Notes: a model not told the origin generated them from the sequence alone. 64,000 bases of DNA from Gemmatimonas sp. (GCA_965279375.1 OZ257156.1:1280001-1344000), one strand, 5' to 3'. Shown: positions 28,662-38,922, counted from the stretch's first letter. Numbers and translations: made by a program.

Positions 28662-28772
28662 GTCTAACCTCGCGTTGCGCTTGACAGGGCCGTCAAGGAT
28701 TGTGGCCTGTTCGCTGGCGCTCACTGGCCACAACTTATGGAAGGGCCCTGCAAGCGAACGCAATCGTTAGAC
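28662..28772 (+). repeat. attC family A
   Basis: GTCTAAC...GTTAGAC. Confidence 0.92.
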
Positions 28773-29001
28773 GGCCTCGCGAACGTCGTCGTCGACGCGT
28801 GTCCGTCGCGACGCGGACACAACGATATTTGGCATTGCTGAGTACGGCGCGCCCGAATTTCAGACGAGCGCGCGCAGCGCCCGGCGTTGCCTTCGCTGGG
28901 GCGCCCTGCCAAGTTGCCGAACGGCCGACGCGGCGTCACGCGCCGCCCACGCTTTCGTCGCCACCGCGGGTCCGCGCACCGCATTGGACTGGAGTTGGGA
29001 T

Positions 29002-29430
29002 ATGAGGGGGCGTCTCTTCCGCCGGATGGTCGCGCTAGCCGTGCTGCTCGCGGCCTGTCGCACGTCCGAACTGACGAGTGTCTCCCCGGCGCCGATCCAA
29101 CTCCGTGTCGTCGCCGGCACGGTGGTGACCGCCGGCGCGGGGCTGAACCTGACGCTCCTCAATGGCAGCGCGGACGCCGTCGGCTACAACTGGTGCGCAA
29201 GCACCCACTTCGAGCAGCAGCGTGCGGGGCAGTGGACCCGCGTGAGTTTCAGCGACCGGGTCTGCACTCTCTCGTTGACGGTGTTGTCGGCCGGCGGCCG
29301 ACAGGACGGCCTCGTCTTCCTTCCGCAGACCCTCGGCGCCGGGACCTATCGGGTGGTGATCGTCGTGACTCCAGAGCGGGAGGGCGCGGCCCCGATGCGC
29401 GCGGAGAGCGACGCCTTCACCGTGCGCTAG
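29002..29430 (+). CDS. Ig-like lipoprotein
   Basis: GGAG RBS; LAAC lipobox; L.N...GYN.C...W...C...GTYRV...S..FTV. Confidence 0.78.
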   Translation: MRGRLFRRMVALAVLLAACRTSELTSVSPAPIQLRVVAGTVVTAGAGLNLTLLNGSADAVGYNWCASTHFEQQRAGQWTRVSFSDRVCTLSLTVLSAGGRQDGLVFLPQTLGAGTYRVVIVVTPEREGAAPMRAESDAFTVR

Positions 29431-29493
29431 CGTGTCGGTGTACTCCGAGCGCGGCGGGGGTCTGCCGTCGCTCGGATGGTGCGCTGGTCGGCC

Positions 29494-29613
29494 GTCTAAC
29501 CTTGCGTTGGTGCAGTCAGCCGCTCAGCGGTGCGCCGTGTAACTCCGGCGCTGGCGCGCCTGCGTTCACGGCTTCCTATTCTGAGCGGCTGCTGCACAAC
29601 GCTATCGTTAGAT
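29494..29613 (+). repeat. attC family B
   Basis: GTCTAAC...GTTAGAT. Confidence 0.92.
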
Positions 29614-29765
29614 GGCGGCTCAAGAATTGGTGTAATCGCGAGTGCGTCGCGCGATATTGGAGATGGAGTCGTCGTGAGATTTCGCGACGGTCGTGCTCGT
29701 GGCATCACTTCACGAGTTCTCGCGAACGCGTCCCCAACATCGTGCAGTCCATTGGGAGGTGTGCA

Positions 29766-30062
29766 ATGTCTGAGAAGCCGGGTTCGCCGCATTGGGCGGC
29801 GTCGTCGGAAGGTCGTGTCCTCCGCGTCGTCGGGGCCCTGATCGCGGGGATTGATCTGGCGATCGTGTGGTCCGATCTGCGCGCGGGACAGGCGGTGCCC
29901 TGGACCGCGTGGGCGCGTCCGCTCTGGATGGCGGCGCTCGTCCTCGGTGCGGATCCACGGTTCGCGCGGCGTTGGCCGACGCGGCAGCCCGTGACGTGGA
30001 TGGGGCTCGCCGTCTTTGGGATGCTGTACCTCGTGGTGCGTACGGCGACCCACGGCTCGTAG
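29766..30062 (+). CDS. Small 3-TM membrane protein (copy 3, appears identical to 7286)
   Basis: Cassette duplicate of 7127-7845. Confidence 0.8.
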   Translation: MSEKPGSPHWAASSEGRVLRVVGALIAGIDLAIVWSDLRAGQAVPWTAWARPLWMAALVLGADPRFARRWPTRQPVTWMGLAVFGMLYLVVRTATHGS

Positions 30063-30205
30063 TCCGTCGGGACGCCGCGTTCGCCGTCCGCGCATAGCCC
30101 CGGTGCCGCGAAGGGCCCCGAGTGACGGTCCCCCGTTCGCATGACCGCGGCGTTGCGTCGCGCGACCGGCTCGCGTGGCCGCGACACTGCGCCGCACGTG
30201 CCGCC

Positions 30206-30325
30206 ATCTAACCTCACGTTGGTGCAGTCAGCCGCTCAGCGGTGCGCCGTGTAACGCGCGCACTGGCGTGCGCTCGTTCACGGCTTCCTATTCTGAGCGG
30301 CCGCTGCACAACGTAAGCGTTAGAC
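30206..30325 (+). repeat. attC family B
   Basis: ATCTAAC...GTTAGAC. Confidence 0.92.
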
Positions 30326-30360
30326 CGCTTTCCACCATTGACCATTCCGCGAGACTACTA

Positions 30361-31026
30361 GTGAACTGGGATCTTGTTCGGTCAACCGCGTTGTCTCTTC
30401 TCCTCGGAGGAGGCGCCGGGCTTGCGATTGCAGCCTTCGTGTCAAAGCGTCTGGTAGAGCAAGCACTGACGGCAAGGATGGAGAGGTACAAGGCGGAGCT
30501 GACGCAGCGTACGGAGGCTCTCAAGACTGAGATGTCGATCTATGCACACGAGCATACGGTTGCACTCTCGCGGGTCGATGCGCAGCGTGCTCAGGCGGTT
30601 GAACTCGTATACGCAGCCATGCGCGCCTGGACTAGGCCGGCAATTGCACTCGTGTCGGGCTCGCCACTAGCAGATCCCGACGACGGGGATATCTGGAAGC
30701 ACTCCTGCGAGCAGGCAGAAAGTGCGCATAGTGCAGGGCTGCGACTATCGGACGTTCTCGACGAACAGGCGATCTACCTAGACTCTGTGACGTATGAGAA
30801 ACTCGCGGAGACTACGTTGCACAGCATGCGAATGATCGCGAAGTTCCTCCGCATAATTCGAGAAGCTCAGGCTTGCGCTCAGGAGGAAGAAACGGCACCA
30901 GCGCTAGAGGTCGAGCGAAGGAAGCTGGCAGTACAGTTCCAAAAGCATATCATGCCGCTTCATCAGGATGTGGTTGGCGAATTCCGGAGACTACTCGGCG
31001 TTGAACGGGCGCGAGAAGCGGTCTAA
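30361..31026 (+). CDS. Hypothetical protein, N-terminal TM + helical domain
   Basis: Fills cassette; stop in attC. Confidence 0.8.
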   Translation: MNWDLVRSTALSLLLGGGAGLAIAAFVSKRLVEQALTARMERYKAELTQRTEALKTEMSIYAHEHTVALSRVDAQRAQAVELVYAAMRAWTRPAIALVSGSPLADPDDGDIWKHSCEQAESAHSAGLRLSDVLDEQAIYLDSVTYEKLAETTLHSMRMIAKFLRIIREAQACAQEEETAPALEVERRKLAVQFQKHIMPLHQDVVGEFRRLLGVERAREAV

Positions 31027-31130
31027 CCTTGCGTTGCGCTTGACAGGGCCTTCATGGATTGCTCCCTGTTCGCTGCGCTCACTGGTCGCATCCTGTTGAA
31101 GGGCCCTGCAAGCGAACGCGATCGTTAGGC
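31021..31130 (+). repeat. attC family A
   Basis: GTCTAAC...GTTAGGC. Confidence 0.92.
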
Positions 31131-31231
31131 GTCACCCCAGCGACACCGCTCAACGGATGAGCGCTGCTCATATTCCGCCGACGTGAGCGCGCATCTGCAG
31201 TGTCCAGCGAAAGCTTCCCCATTCGGCCGCC

Positions 31232-31654
31232 ATGCCAAACTACTTCGCACCCAGGACGCTCGAGGAATGGCGTGGACGATCGATCTACGAGCGGGTGGGC
31301 GTACGCTTCTTCAAACGCGTTCTCCTGCCCGATGCGTTCTTGCGCTTCCGCCTGCGTCGCAAGAAGGCGAGGACAAGCGGTCGAGGAGGTATCGAGGCAG
31401 AACTGAGACGCCTTGAGTGGGAGACGAGGCGGAACGAAGCGATTCACGTGCTGGCCCTGCTTCTTACCGGGTGCCTTCTTGTTCTTCGGCGTCCGCACAT
31501 ATCCATTGGACAGTGGTTTGTCATCCTCGCCATAAACCTCTACGTCAACGTGTACCCCATCTTTGTCCAGCGCTACAATCGCTTTCGACTACTGCGGCTG
31601 ATGCGCGCGTGCCAGTCACGCCAGGCCGAAGATGACCTTGCCCGAGCAACGTGA
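31232..31654 (+). CDS. CrtO-like (glycosyl-diaponeurosporenoate acyltransferase family) membrane protein
   Basis: YE..GVR.FK...ETRR.E..H...N.YPI..QRYNR.RL. Confidence 0.75.
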   Translation: MPNYFAPRTLEEWRGRSIYERVGVRFFKRVLLPDAFLRFRLRRKKARTSGRGGIEAELRRLEWETRRNEAIHVLALLLTGCLLVLRRPHISIGQWFVILAINLYVNVYPIFVQRYNRFRLLRLMRACQSRQAEDDLARAT

Positions 31655-32063
31655 CGCCTCTCGCGCTTTGCGGCAAACGTGCGGACGGGGGTACTGTAAG
31701 CAGGCGGCGCGTGGTGCGGGCGACGTCCGAGGCCGGTATAGGATAGGCAGCCCACGCCCGCGGCGTTGCTTGATGCGGCATACAGCTGACCCGATTATGA
31801 CCCGGTCGGCGAACCAGTGGCCGCCAACGGCATCTGACGATGCCGAATTCACCACTCGGCCGACGATGCGAACATTCGTGGCATCGATCCTGATGCCGTC
31901 GCGCACGTCCGCGAGGACCTCCTTGAGGCCGTCGGTGGCCGAGTGCTGAAACACGGACTGCGGGCCGTGGCCGGCTGGCGCCTATTTCTCCGGCGGCCCT
32001 CTGCTCAGCGGCCACGCCGTGATTTTCCCGCGGAGCGCTACAGCCGGTTCCGTGCGATGTGCC

Positions 32064-32182
32064 GCCTAACCTTGCGTTGGTGCAGACAGCCGCTCCGCGG
32101 TGCGCCGTGTAACTGCGGCGCTAGCGCGCCTCCGTTCACGGCTTCCTATTTGATCGGCTGCAGCACAACGCCATCGTTAGCT
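32064..32182 (+). repeat. attC family B
   Basis: GCCTAAC...GTTAGCT. Confidence 0.92.
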
Positions 32183-32335
32183 CGCACTGCTGCGGTGTCG
32201 TGGCAATCACGGTAAACCCAGACGGAGGACCGGGGCGATGGTGGTTTGGAGAGGGCTCACGGCCGCCGTGGTGGAACGCGCGTGGCCGCGACATCTGCCT
32301 CATCGCAGTTGGCCGGCCGCCGCATTCGGAGTGAC

Positions 32336-32875
32336 GTGAGCGCTACTACCCGTCCTGCCCTGTCGCCTCGCCTATCGGCGGACGAGTTTGCGCGCTGGTA
32401 CTGGCGCAAGGATGAACTCCTTCCCTTCTGTCGCCAGCTCGGTCTGCGCACCGGGGGCTCGAAGCCCGAGGTGGCCGCGCGAATTCTCGCGCACTTAGCC
32501 GGGTCTCCCCCTGCGCCGGTGGTCGCGCGTCCGCGCACGGGGCCGATGCCGACGACGTTTTCGCTCGACACCACAATCGGTCCGGGCTGGCGCTGCAATC
32601 CGGCGCTGGGCGCGTTCCTGCGCGGAGAGTGCGGCGCGGGCTTTCGCTTCAACTTGGCCGTCCGCACGTTCATCCATACGGCCGTGGGTCACTCGCTACG
32701 CGACGCAGTCGCCTGCTATCGCGCGAGTGTCGCGCCCGGCGCGCCCGCCCAGCCGATGCTTCCGCAGAACGAGTACAATGCGCATATGCGCGCGTACTTT
32801 CGGGCGAACCCGGGTGCGACAGCGAGCGCCGCGCGCGCGGCCTGGCATGCGCGTCGGCAGCACCGTGCGAGCTAA
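32336..32875 (+). CDS. SAP-like domain protein
   Basis: F..WYW.K.EL..FCR.LGL...GSK.E...RI; QNEYN..MR.YF. Confidence 0.8.
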   Translation: MSATTRPALSPRLSADEFARWYWRKDELLPFCRQLGLRTGGSKPEVAARILAHLAGSPPAPVVARPRTGPMPTTFSLDTTIGPGWRCNPALGAFLRGECGAGFRFNLAVRTFIHTAVGHSLRDAVACYRASVAPGAPAQPMLPQNEYNAHMRAYFRANPGATASAARAAWHARRQHRAS

Positions 32876-32980
32876 CCTTGCGTTGCGCTTGACAGGGCCT
32901 CCAAAGATTGCGGCCTGTTCGCTGACGCTCACGGGCCGCAACTTATGGGAAGGCCCTGCAAGCGAACGCTATCGTTAGAG
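32870..32980 (+). repeat. attC family A
   Basis: AGCTAAC...GTTAGAG. Confidence 0.92.
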
Positions 32981-33206
32981 AGCGAACCGCGAATCCGTGA
33001 TTGTTTGAGGGGCGAGTGCGGCATCGCTGCGTCGGCAAGCGACGTATCCGCGGCCTTCGTGCGTGTCTGGGAGCACCGCGCCAGCCGACCGCCCCAACGG
33101 TCACTGGCGCGCCGGCCCGGGGGGCCGCCGACTTCCCGCGTGTCGACCCGATTCGCCCGAACGAGCCCTGCTGTCGGTCCCCAATCCAGCGCGCTAGGAT
33201 TCATCC

Positions 33207-33443
33207 ATGCCGACCGTGCTGCGGGTGGAGGGGTATCGGTTCTTCTTCTACAGCAATGAGCGGGGCGAGCCCGCCCACATTCATGTAGAACAGGCCGAGC
33301 GGTACGCCAAGTTCTGGCTCGCCGATGTCACCCTGGCCGAATCCCGCGGTCTTCGGAGTGCGGAGCTCTCGGCGCTCCGTCGGCTGGTGTTTGCACATCG
33401 CATTCAGCTTCAGGAGGCGTGGGATGGGCACTTCAGCCGTTAA
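33207..33443 (+). CDS. DUF4160 protein (copy 2)
   Basis: Identical protein to 13095..13331. Confidence 0.92.
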   Translation: MPTVLRVEGYRFFFYSNERGEPAHIHVEQAERYAKFWLADVTLAESRGLRSAELSALRRLVFAHRIQLQEAWDGHFSR

Positions 33444-33666
33444 GATCGAGCCGCTGGTCGTCGCGGTCACCTGCTCGGACGTCGCCCTCCGGGTCGAACT
33501 CGCGGATGGGCGCGAGATCGTCGCCCCCTTAGAGTGGTTCCCGCGCCTGCGCGACGCGACCGCAGCGCAGCGCGCGAATTGGCGCCCGATCGGCGGCGGC
33601 GTCGGCATGCATTGGCCGGAGCTGGACGAAGATCTCTCGGTCGCCGGGCTCCTCGCGACGCACTGA
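33424..33666 (+). CDS. DUF2442 protein (copy 2)
   Basis: Identical protein to 13312..13554. Confidence 0.92.
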   Translation: MGTSAVKIEPLVVAVTCSDVALRVELADGREIVAPLEWFPRLRDATAAQRANWRPIGGGVGMHWPELDEDLSVAGLLATH

Positions 33667-33692
33667 CGCCACTCCGGCGTCGTTTGTTCGCT

Positions 33693-33802
33693 CTCTAACC
33701 TTGCGTTGCGGCTGACAGGGCCTTCACGGAGTGCTCCCTGTTCGCTGCGCTCACTGGTCGCCTCCTGTTGAAGGGCCCTGCAGCCGAACGCGAACGTTAG
33801 AC
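33693..33802 (+). repeat. attC family A
   Basis: CTCTAAC...GTTAGAC. Confidence 0.92.
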
Positions 33803-33978
33803 CGTGGTGGCCACGTGGTCGCATCCGGCGACATGCCCGCTGGGCCAAGGTGGGTCTTGGAGGGTCTGCGCGTGTGTTCGTGTGCGCCAAGAGCGGCGGG
33901 CCCAAGCGCTCCGGGGTAGTCGCGAGGGACCTGCGGCCGAGCATAGATTTCGGTTCGCCCTCCTCCGGATGCTGTCCT

Positions 33979-34212
33979 ATGGTTGATCGGAACGCCGAAT
34001 CTCTCGCTGAGCAGCTGTTGACTTGGCCGACCGCCGATCGCGCGCGGCTTGCCGCGTTGTTGCTGGCGAGTCTGGAGCCGCCGGAAGCGGAGGTCGCCGC
34101 GGCGTGGGACGTCGAACTCGCGTCGCGCGCGGCCGCGCTGGATGCGGGACAGGTGCAGAGCATCCCCGCCGCGGACGTGTTCGCCGAGCTCGACCGCCGT
34201 CTGCGCGCGTGA
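33979..34212 (+). CDS. Addiction-module antitoxin
   Basis: P..DRA.LA..LL.SL......AW..E...R......G....IP...V. Confidence 0.88.
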   Translation: MVDRNAESLAEQLLTWPTADRARLAALLLASLEPPEAEVAAAWDVELASRAAALDAGQVQSIPAADVFAELDRRLRA

Positions 34213-34496
34213 TCGCGCGGTTCCATCCCGAGGCGCAAGCGGAGCTGATCGAGTCCGCGCTCTACTACGAGGCGGCCCGCCCGGGGCTCGGGCACCAGTT
34301 TCGCGACGCGGTGAAGAGCGGCCTCGACCGTGCACTGGCGCAGCCCGAGAGCGGGAGTCTCCGCGCCGGTCTGCGCCGGCAACTCGTCGCGGGCTTTCCC
34401 TACGACGTGGTCTATCGCGTCGTGGCCGGGGAGCTCGAGGTGCTGGCCCTGGCGCATCACCGTCGGCGCCCGGGCTACTGGCAACGGCGCGCCTGA
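34209..34496 (+). CDS. RelE/ParE-family toxin
   Basis: FHPEA..EL.....YYE...GLG..F...FPY...Y...LA.AH.RR.PGYW; GTGA overlap. Confidence 0.9.
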   Translation: MIARFHPEAQAELIESALYYEAARPGLGHQFRDAVKSGLDRALAQPESGSLRAGLRRQLVAGFPYDVVYRVVAGELEVLALAHHRRRPGYWQRRA

Positions 34497-34520
34497 CCGG
34501 GAGTCGGTTCGAGCACCACG

Positions 34521-34631
34521 GTCTAACCTCGCGTTGCGGTTGACAGGGCCTTCAAAGATTGTGGCCTGTTCGCTGTCGCTCACTGGCCACAACTGATTGA
34601 AGGGCCCTGCAACCGAACGCAATCGTTAGAT
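34521..34631 (+). repeat. attC family A
   Basis: GTCTAAC...GTTAGAT. Confidence 0.92.
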
Positions 34632-34640
34632 GGCGCCCTG

Positions 34641-35009
34641 ATGTTGAACCACAACCCGAGCACTCCGATGCGGTTGCACCCGACGGCGGTCTTTGCGATG
34701 ATCGGGCTGCTGTTCATCGTCCTGGCGCTGCCGCTCATCCGGCGCCGCGTCCCGCCGAACGGCCTGTACGGCGTCCGCATTCCCGCGACCCTTGCCGACG
34801 AGGGCGTGTGGTACGCCGTGAACGCGCAGAGTGGGCGCGACCTGCGCCTCCTAGGCGCGGTGGTGGTCGTGCTCGCGGTCGCGGTGTGGGCGCTGGCCTG
34901 GCCGGTGTCACGGCAACTGCTGGTCCTGTTCGCGGCCCTCACCGGTGGCACGCTCGTGGTCGTCGTACGCGCGTTCCGTCACGCGAACCGCCTCCGGCGC
35001 GAGCGGTAA
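34641..35009 (+). CDS. SdpI-family membrane protein (copy 2)
   Basis: PPNGLYGVRIPATL...W...N. Confidence 0.85.
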   Translation: MLNHNPSTPMRLHPTAVFAMIGLLFIVLALPLIRRRVPPNGLYGVRIPATLADEGVWYAVNAQSGRDLRLLGAVVVVLAVAVWALAWPVSRQLLVLFAALTGGTLVVVVRAFRHANRLRRER

Positions 35010-35146
35010 TACGCCCGCCACCGCCGGCCTGGTGCCGGTCTGCGCGTGAGTCGAGCGCGCACAGCTAGCGCCTGGCCGCGTTCGGCGTATACCGTAGCAC
35101 CATGCCGCCGATGGTCAGACATTCCCCTTGCTGACGGAGTGCCCGC

Positions 35147-35599
35147 ATGCCTCGTGTGACGCTTCGACTGCTGAGTGGCCTCGCCGGCGTGTTCGCTGCG
35201 CCACTGCTCGCCCAAGCCCAGGGACGAGACATGAAGGCGCCCTTTGCTGGGGAACTCGCCGCGCCGGCGATGCGGCTGCGCCTCGAGCGGTTTCAAGTCG
35301 GGCTCGGCGTAGGCGCGCGGGGGATCACCGCAGACAGTCTGCGCGTCCTGGCGGCGGCGGAACGCACCGCGCGACTCCTCGCCGTCCGTCGCGCCCTCGC
35401 CCCGCACGACACGCCGTCCGTGTCCGGGAGCGATGCGCCGACGCACCTCGAGTGTCCGATGCCCATCGCCTCGCGGAGTCCAGGCGCGACGGCGGAGATG
35501 CCGGTGTGGCGTGCGGACAGTCTCGTCGAACGCCGCAGCGTCCCGTCCGCCCAAGTGCGTGCGTGTACGAACGCGCTCGGTCCAGCGCCCACGCGCTAA
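35147..35599 (+). CDS. Secreted hypothetical protein
   Basis: GGAG RBS; signal peptide ending AQA; CPMP...MPV...C.N. Confidence 0.72.
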   Translation: MPRVTLRLLSGLAGVFAAPLLAQAQGRDMKAPFAGELAAPAMRLRLERFQVGLGVGARGITADSLRVLAAAERTARLLAVRRALAPHDTPSVSGSDAPTHLECPMPIASRSPGATAEMPVWRADSLVERRSVPSAQVRACTNALGPAPTR

Positions 35600-35616
35600 G
35601 GGAGCGGCGCGCCGCC

Positions 35617-35727
35617 ATCTAACCTTGCGTTGCGCTTGACAGGGCCTTCAAGGAGTGCCACCTTGCTCGCTGCGCTCGCTGGTGGCATCCTGTTGAAGGG
35701 CCCTGCAGCAGAACGCGAGCGTTAGGT
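35617..35727 (+). repeat. attC family A (chimeric)
   Basis: ATCTAAC...GTTAGGT; right ~85 bp match attC 10602. Confidence 0.88.
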
Positions 35728-35761
35728 AGCGCTTCGACGGCTTGAGACGCAGACTTTTCCG

Positions 35762-36538
35762 ATGCTCGCTCACGCGCGTCGTGTCCTAGTCATCGTACTC
35801 GGTGTCTGCCTGTGGGCGGTCAGTTTGCCGACGCGGGCGCTCGCGCAGCAGGCGGCGTTGCTCGGGACGGTCTTGGAGGACTCGACGGAGCGGCCCATCG
35901 TCAACGCTGAGATCGCCATCCCTGCGCTGCAGCGTCTGGTGCGCAGCGACTCGGCCGGCAACTTCAGCCTCAGCGGCATTCCGTCGGGCGTATACCGGGT
36001 GACGGTGCGCGCCGTCGGCCGTGCCCCGCTGCAGGAGACGATTGCATTTGGGACGGCCGGGCGGATTGAACGCGATTACCTCCTCGCCCGCGCCACGACA
36101 ACGCTCGAGCAGGTGGACGTGCGGGCGGACGCGACCGTGGAGGATGTTCGCTTGGCCGAGTTCCATGCGCGCCGACGGTTCGGCACCGGGCGGTTCGTGA
36201 CGCAGGAGGTGTTGGCGCAAGCGGACGGGCGGGCACTAGCCGACGTGCTGGCGAGTCGCATTCCCGGGCTGCGCAGCGAGTCGATGGGGGGCAACCAACG
36301 CGCGATGGTCAGTGCCCGGGGGGTGATCAGCTTCCGCAGTCAGCGCTGCTACGTGAAGGTCATGGTCGACCGCATCCTGCGCTACAACGGCACCCCCGAC
36401 CCCCTGTTCGACATCAACACGCTCGATCCGGCGACGCTCGTGGGGGTGGAGTACTACACGACCGCGCAAGTGCCCGCCGAGTTCAACGGCACAGGCTCAC
36501 CGTGTGGCACGCTCGTGATTTGGACGCGCATGCGCTAA
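35762..36538 (+). CDS. Carboxypeptidase-regulatory-like/plug-like protein (copy 3)
   Basis: Identical protein to 10747..11523. Confidence 0.8.
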   Translation: MLAHARRVLVIVLGVCLWAVSLPTRALAQQAALLGTVLEDSTERPIVNAEIAIPALQRLVRSDSAGNFSLSGIPSGVYRVTVRAVGRAPLQETIAFGTAGRIERDYLLARATTTLEQVDVRADATVEDVRLAEFHARRRFGTGRFVTQEVLAQADGRALADVLASRIPGLRSESMGGNQRAMVSARGVISFRSQRCYVKVMVDRILRYNGTPDPLFDINTLDPATLVGVEYYTTAQVPAEFNGTGSPCGTLVIWTRMR

Positions 36539-36588
36539 GGTCGCGTCCTCCTGGTGCGGCCGCGGCATCACGCATCGCGTCACGCGCT

Positions 36589-36707
36589 ACCTAACCTCAC
36601 GTTGGTGCAGACAGCCGCTCAGCGGTGCGCCGTGTAACTGCGGCGCTGGCGCGCCTCCGTTCACGGCTTCCTATTGGAGCGGCCGCTGCACAACGTAAGC
36701 GTTAGGA
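36589..36707 (+). repeat. attC family B
   Basis: ACCTAAC...GTTAGGA. Confidence 0.92.
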
Positions 36708-36726
36708 AGCGCACCTACATTCACTC

Positions 36727-37389
36727 ATGCCAACAGACTGGGCGACATTCTTAAGCGGGGCTGCAGGCGCTTTCGGGGCTGCATGGCTAGGGGCGTACGC
36801 TGGCTTCCGTCGAAGTCGGATGGAGCGGGCCCTCGATCGTCGCATTGCCTGGCATGAGTCGACCATTCAGGTTCTCGCTCAGTATGAGGAGGCCCTAGAA
36901 CGACTGCGATCACACTCGCTCAACGTTCTGATCGTGCAGAGGACAGCGCCAGCTACGCAATCTTCCGGTGAATCCGCAGCAGACTTGCCAGAGCGAGTCA
37001 AAGTCCCCGCAGCACTGTGGAACGAGCTACGACAGGTTGAGGTCAGGGCAAGGGCAGCACTCCGACTTGGAGACCTCTACACAGAAGGGCGAACCCAAGT
37101 CGATTGCTCGGTGGCTCTCACGCGCTCCGTAAACATCGTGTCCAGCCACTGGCTTGATCTTAGCGATGAGCCTGAGATTCCGTGGGTCCACCTTGCCGCA
37201 GGCTACTCGGTCGCCGAAGTTCGCAACAGCCTTCAGGAATCGATGCGGGTTGTGCTTGAGTTGGATGGCTTCGTCGCCAGTTTGCTCGGCAAGCGATATC
37301 GGAGATGGAGACGGCTAAGGGTTGTTCGTGAGCTTCAAGCGGACCACGATCGTTTGCAGCAGCTGATCGCAGAATCTCAGGGCGCGTAG
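36727..37389 (+). CDS. Hypothetical protein with N-terminal TM
   Basis: First gene of a two-gene cassette. Confidence 0.8.
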   Translation: MPTDWATFLSGAAGAFGAAWLGAYAGFRRSRMERALDRRIAWHESTIQVLAQYEEALERLRSHSLNVLIVQRTAPATQSSGESAADLPERVKVPAALWNELRQVEVRARAALRLGDLYTEGRTQVDCSVALTRSVNIVSSHWLDLSDEPEIPWVHLAAGYSVAEVRNSLQESMRVVLELDGFVASLLGKRYRRWRRLRVVRELQADHDRLQQLIAESQGA

Positions 37390-37419
37390 AATGCCTTCAC
37401 TTGAGCCAGGCGGAGCAAT

Positions 37420-38922
37420 ATGAGTGTTGAGAATATGGAGAAGGCCAAGGAGAATCGACTTCTCTGGCCGCCGATATCCGACGCTGTGGACACTTACTTG
37501 CGGCGCCGCGCCTCTAATGCCGATGGATACGAACTGACTTGGCGCCTGGTTCACGTATGGGAGGCGATAGCCGCCACGCTTTCCGCGGCGGCAGTGACCC
37601 GTTTGCGAGAAGAGCCGAAGTTTGAACCTCTCTATCGCCGCGCCCGTGAGTACTACCACGGAAGATTCTGGGATCCGATAGCACAAGGCTTCAACCGTTC
37701 GCAAAGTGGGCTCGACGGCAGCGCGACGCGCAGAATCGACGTCCTGTGGGACATCAGCAATGGCGATGTTTCCTCCTCACGCTTCCTCACGAGTCTGCAG
37801 AGCTTTCTTCTCGCCAAAGAAATCGACCTCTCTCCGCTGGTGAAGGAGTGGGAACGAATCTGTGAGGTTCCTGATGAGACGAAGGCTTCCGGAAAATTCG
37901 CCGTTCGCGAGGCTTTGAGGCACGTCAACACGTTCCGAAATCGCTTTGCGCACGTTCCATTTCCGTACGACGTCCTGAGGGACGTTTCGGACGCCTATGC
38001 TCGCGTGACGGAGCAGCTGTTCAGCTTCGCCCCCGCACCTTTTAGCTCGTTTACGCAGGACGAGTCATTGGAAAGTCCGCTCTGCGGATCAATCCTGTGG
38101 AAGGATCGCGCGATGCGTGGTGGGGAGAACTTTCGCACTGTAAGTGAATGGCCGGCAGGTTATGGCTTCTCCTATCCGCCGATCGCAAAGAAGTCGTCGC
38201 CAGCTGAGAGTTGGAGCGCATCTCCATTCGTACATGTTGACTCGATGCTTCGACCGTACGTAATGACACGTCTTACGTCGATAACGAGCGGAACCTGGGA
38301 GTTTACGAGATTCAGAGCGGAGGCAAGTTCGGTAATTGCTATTCAGAATGCCGAAGCAGTCGCCGACCTTCCGGCACCAACACAAGCGGAGTACTCGACC
38401 CCACAGGACGCGGCGGATAGGGCTGAAGCAAAGGAGATCGAAGAGACGGTCCAAGCGCAGGCGCCGTCGTCTGCCACTCTGGCTCAGGATGAGCCATCTT
38501 CGTTTGACGAAGCGCTTCGGTTCGTGAGAAACGAGGACTTCGAGCCCGCAATTCGATACTTCCAGCGGTACGTCGAAGCTCGCCCCGCATACCATATCGG
38601 CTGGCTTCGCCTAGGGCACGCACAGCGAGAGCTCGCGATGCGCCGCCGTTTCGCGGACCCCGAAGGTGCAGCAACGCTGTTTGACAGCGCTATTGAATCG
38701 CTGTCTCAGGCGACGGGTCATGTTGAGAGGAATCGCAAGGCGCAGGCGCTCTACGAACGTTCTAAGGCGTACTATCACAGGGGGAACTTTCTCTCACAGC
38801 ACGAGGATCTGGGGAGTGCCTCAAAGGATGCAAGTGAAGCGTGCGATCTCTCTCCTGATACTTCGTACGAGAGTTGGCGAGAGTACGTAACGAACCATGC
38901 AGTCGCGCTGGACGCTTCCTAA
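37420..38922 (+). CDS. HEPN-like (RNRFAH) + C-terminal TPR protein
   Basis: FRNRFAH motif; TPR-like AIRYF...W.RLG.A...A..LF..AI; GGAG RBS; stop in attC. Confidence 0.8.
   Translation: MSVENMEKAKENRLLWPPISDAVDTYLRRRASNADGYELTWRLVHVWEAIAATLSAAAVTRLREEPKFEPLYRRAREYYHGRFWDPIAQGFNRSQSGLDGSATRRIDVLWDISNGDVSSSRFLTSLQSFLLAKEIDLSPLVKEWERICEVPDETKASGKFAVREALRHVNTFRNRFAHVPFPYDVLRDVSDAYARVTEQLFSFAPAPFSSFTQDESLESPLCGSILWKDRAMRGGENFRTVSEWPAGYGFSYPPIAKKSSPAESWSASPFVHVDSMLRPYVMTRLTSITSGTWEFTRFRAEASSVIAIQNAEAVADLPAPTQAEYSTPQDAADRAEAKEIEETVQAQAPSSATLAQDEPSSFDEALRFVRNEDFEPAIRYFQRYVEARPAYHIGWLRLGHAQRELAMRRRFADPEGAATLFDSAIESLSQATGHVERNRKAQALYERSKAYYHRGNFLSQHEDLGSASKDASEACDLSPDTSYESWREYVTNHAVALDAS

Noticed and set aside
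31655..32063. Second gene or ncRNA in the long trailer of the CrtO-like cassette (similar trailers at 53650-54027 and 55280-55690)
   Set aside because: Only unconvincing overlapping ORFs and no recognisable RNA motif; cannot be supported from sequence alone
33201..34622. Long antisense ORFs (also 13089..14222, 1525..2601, 28887..30062)
   Set aside because: They overlap well-supported genes and cross cassette boundaries; expected at high GC
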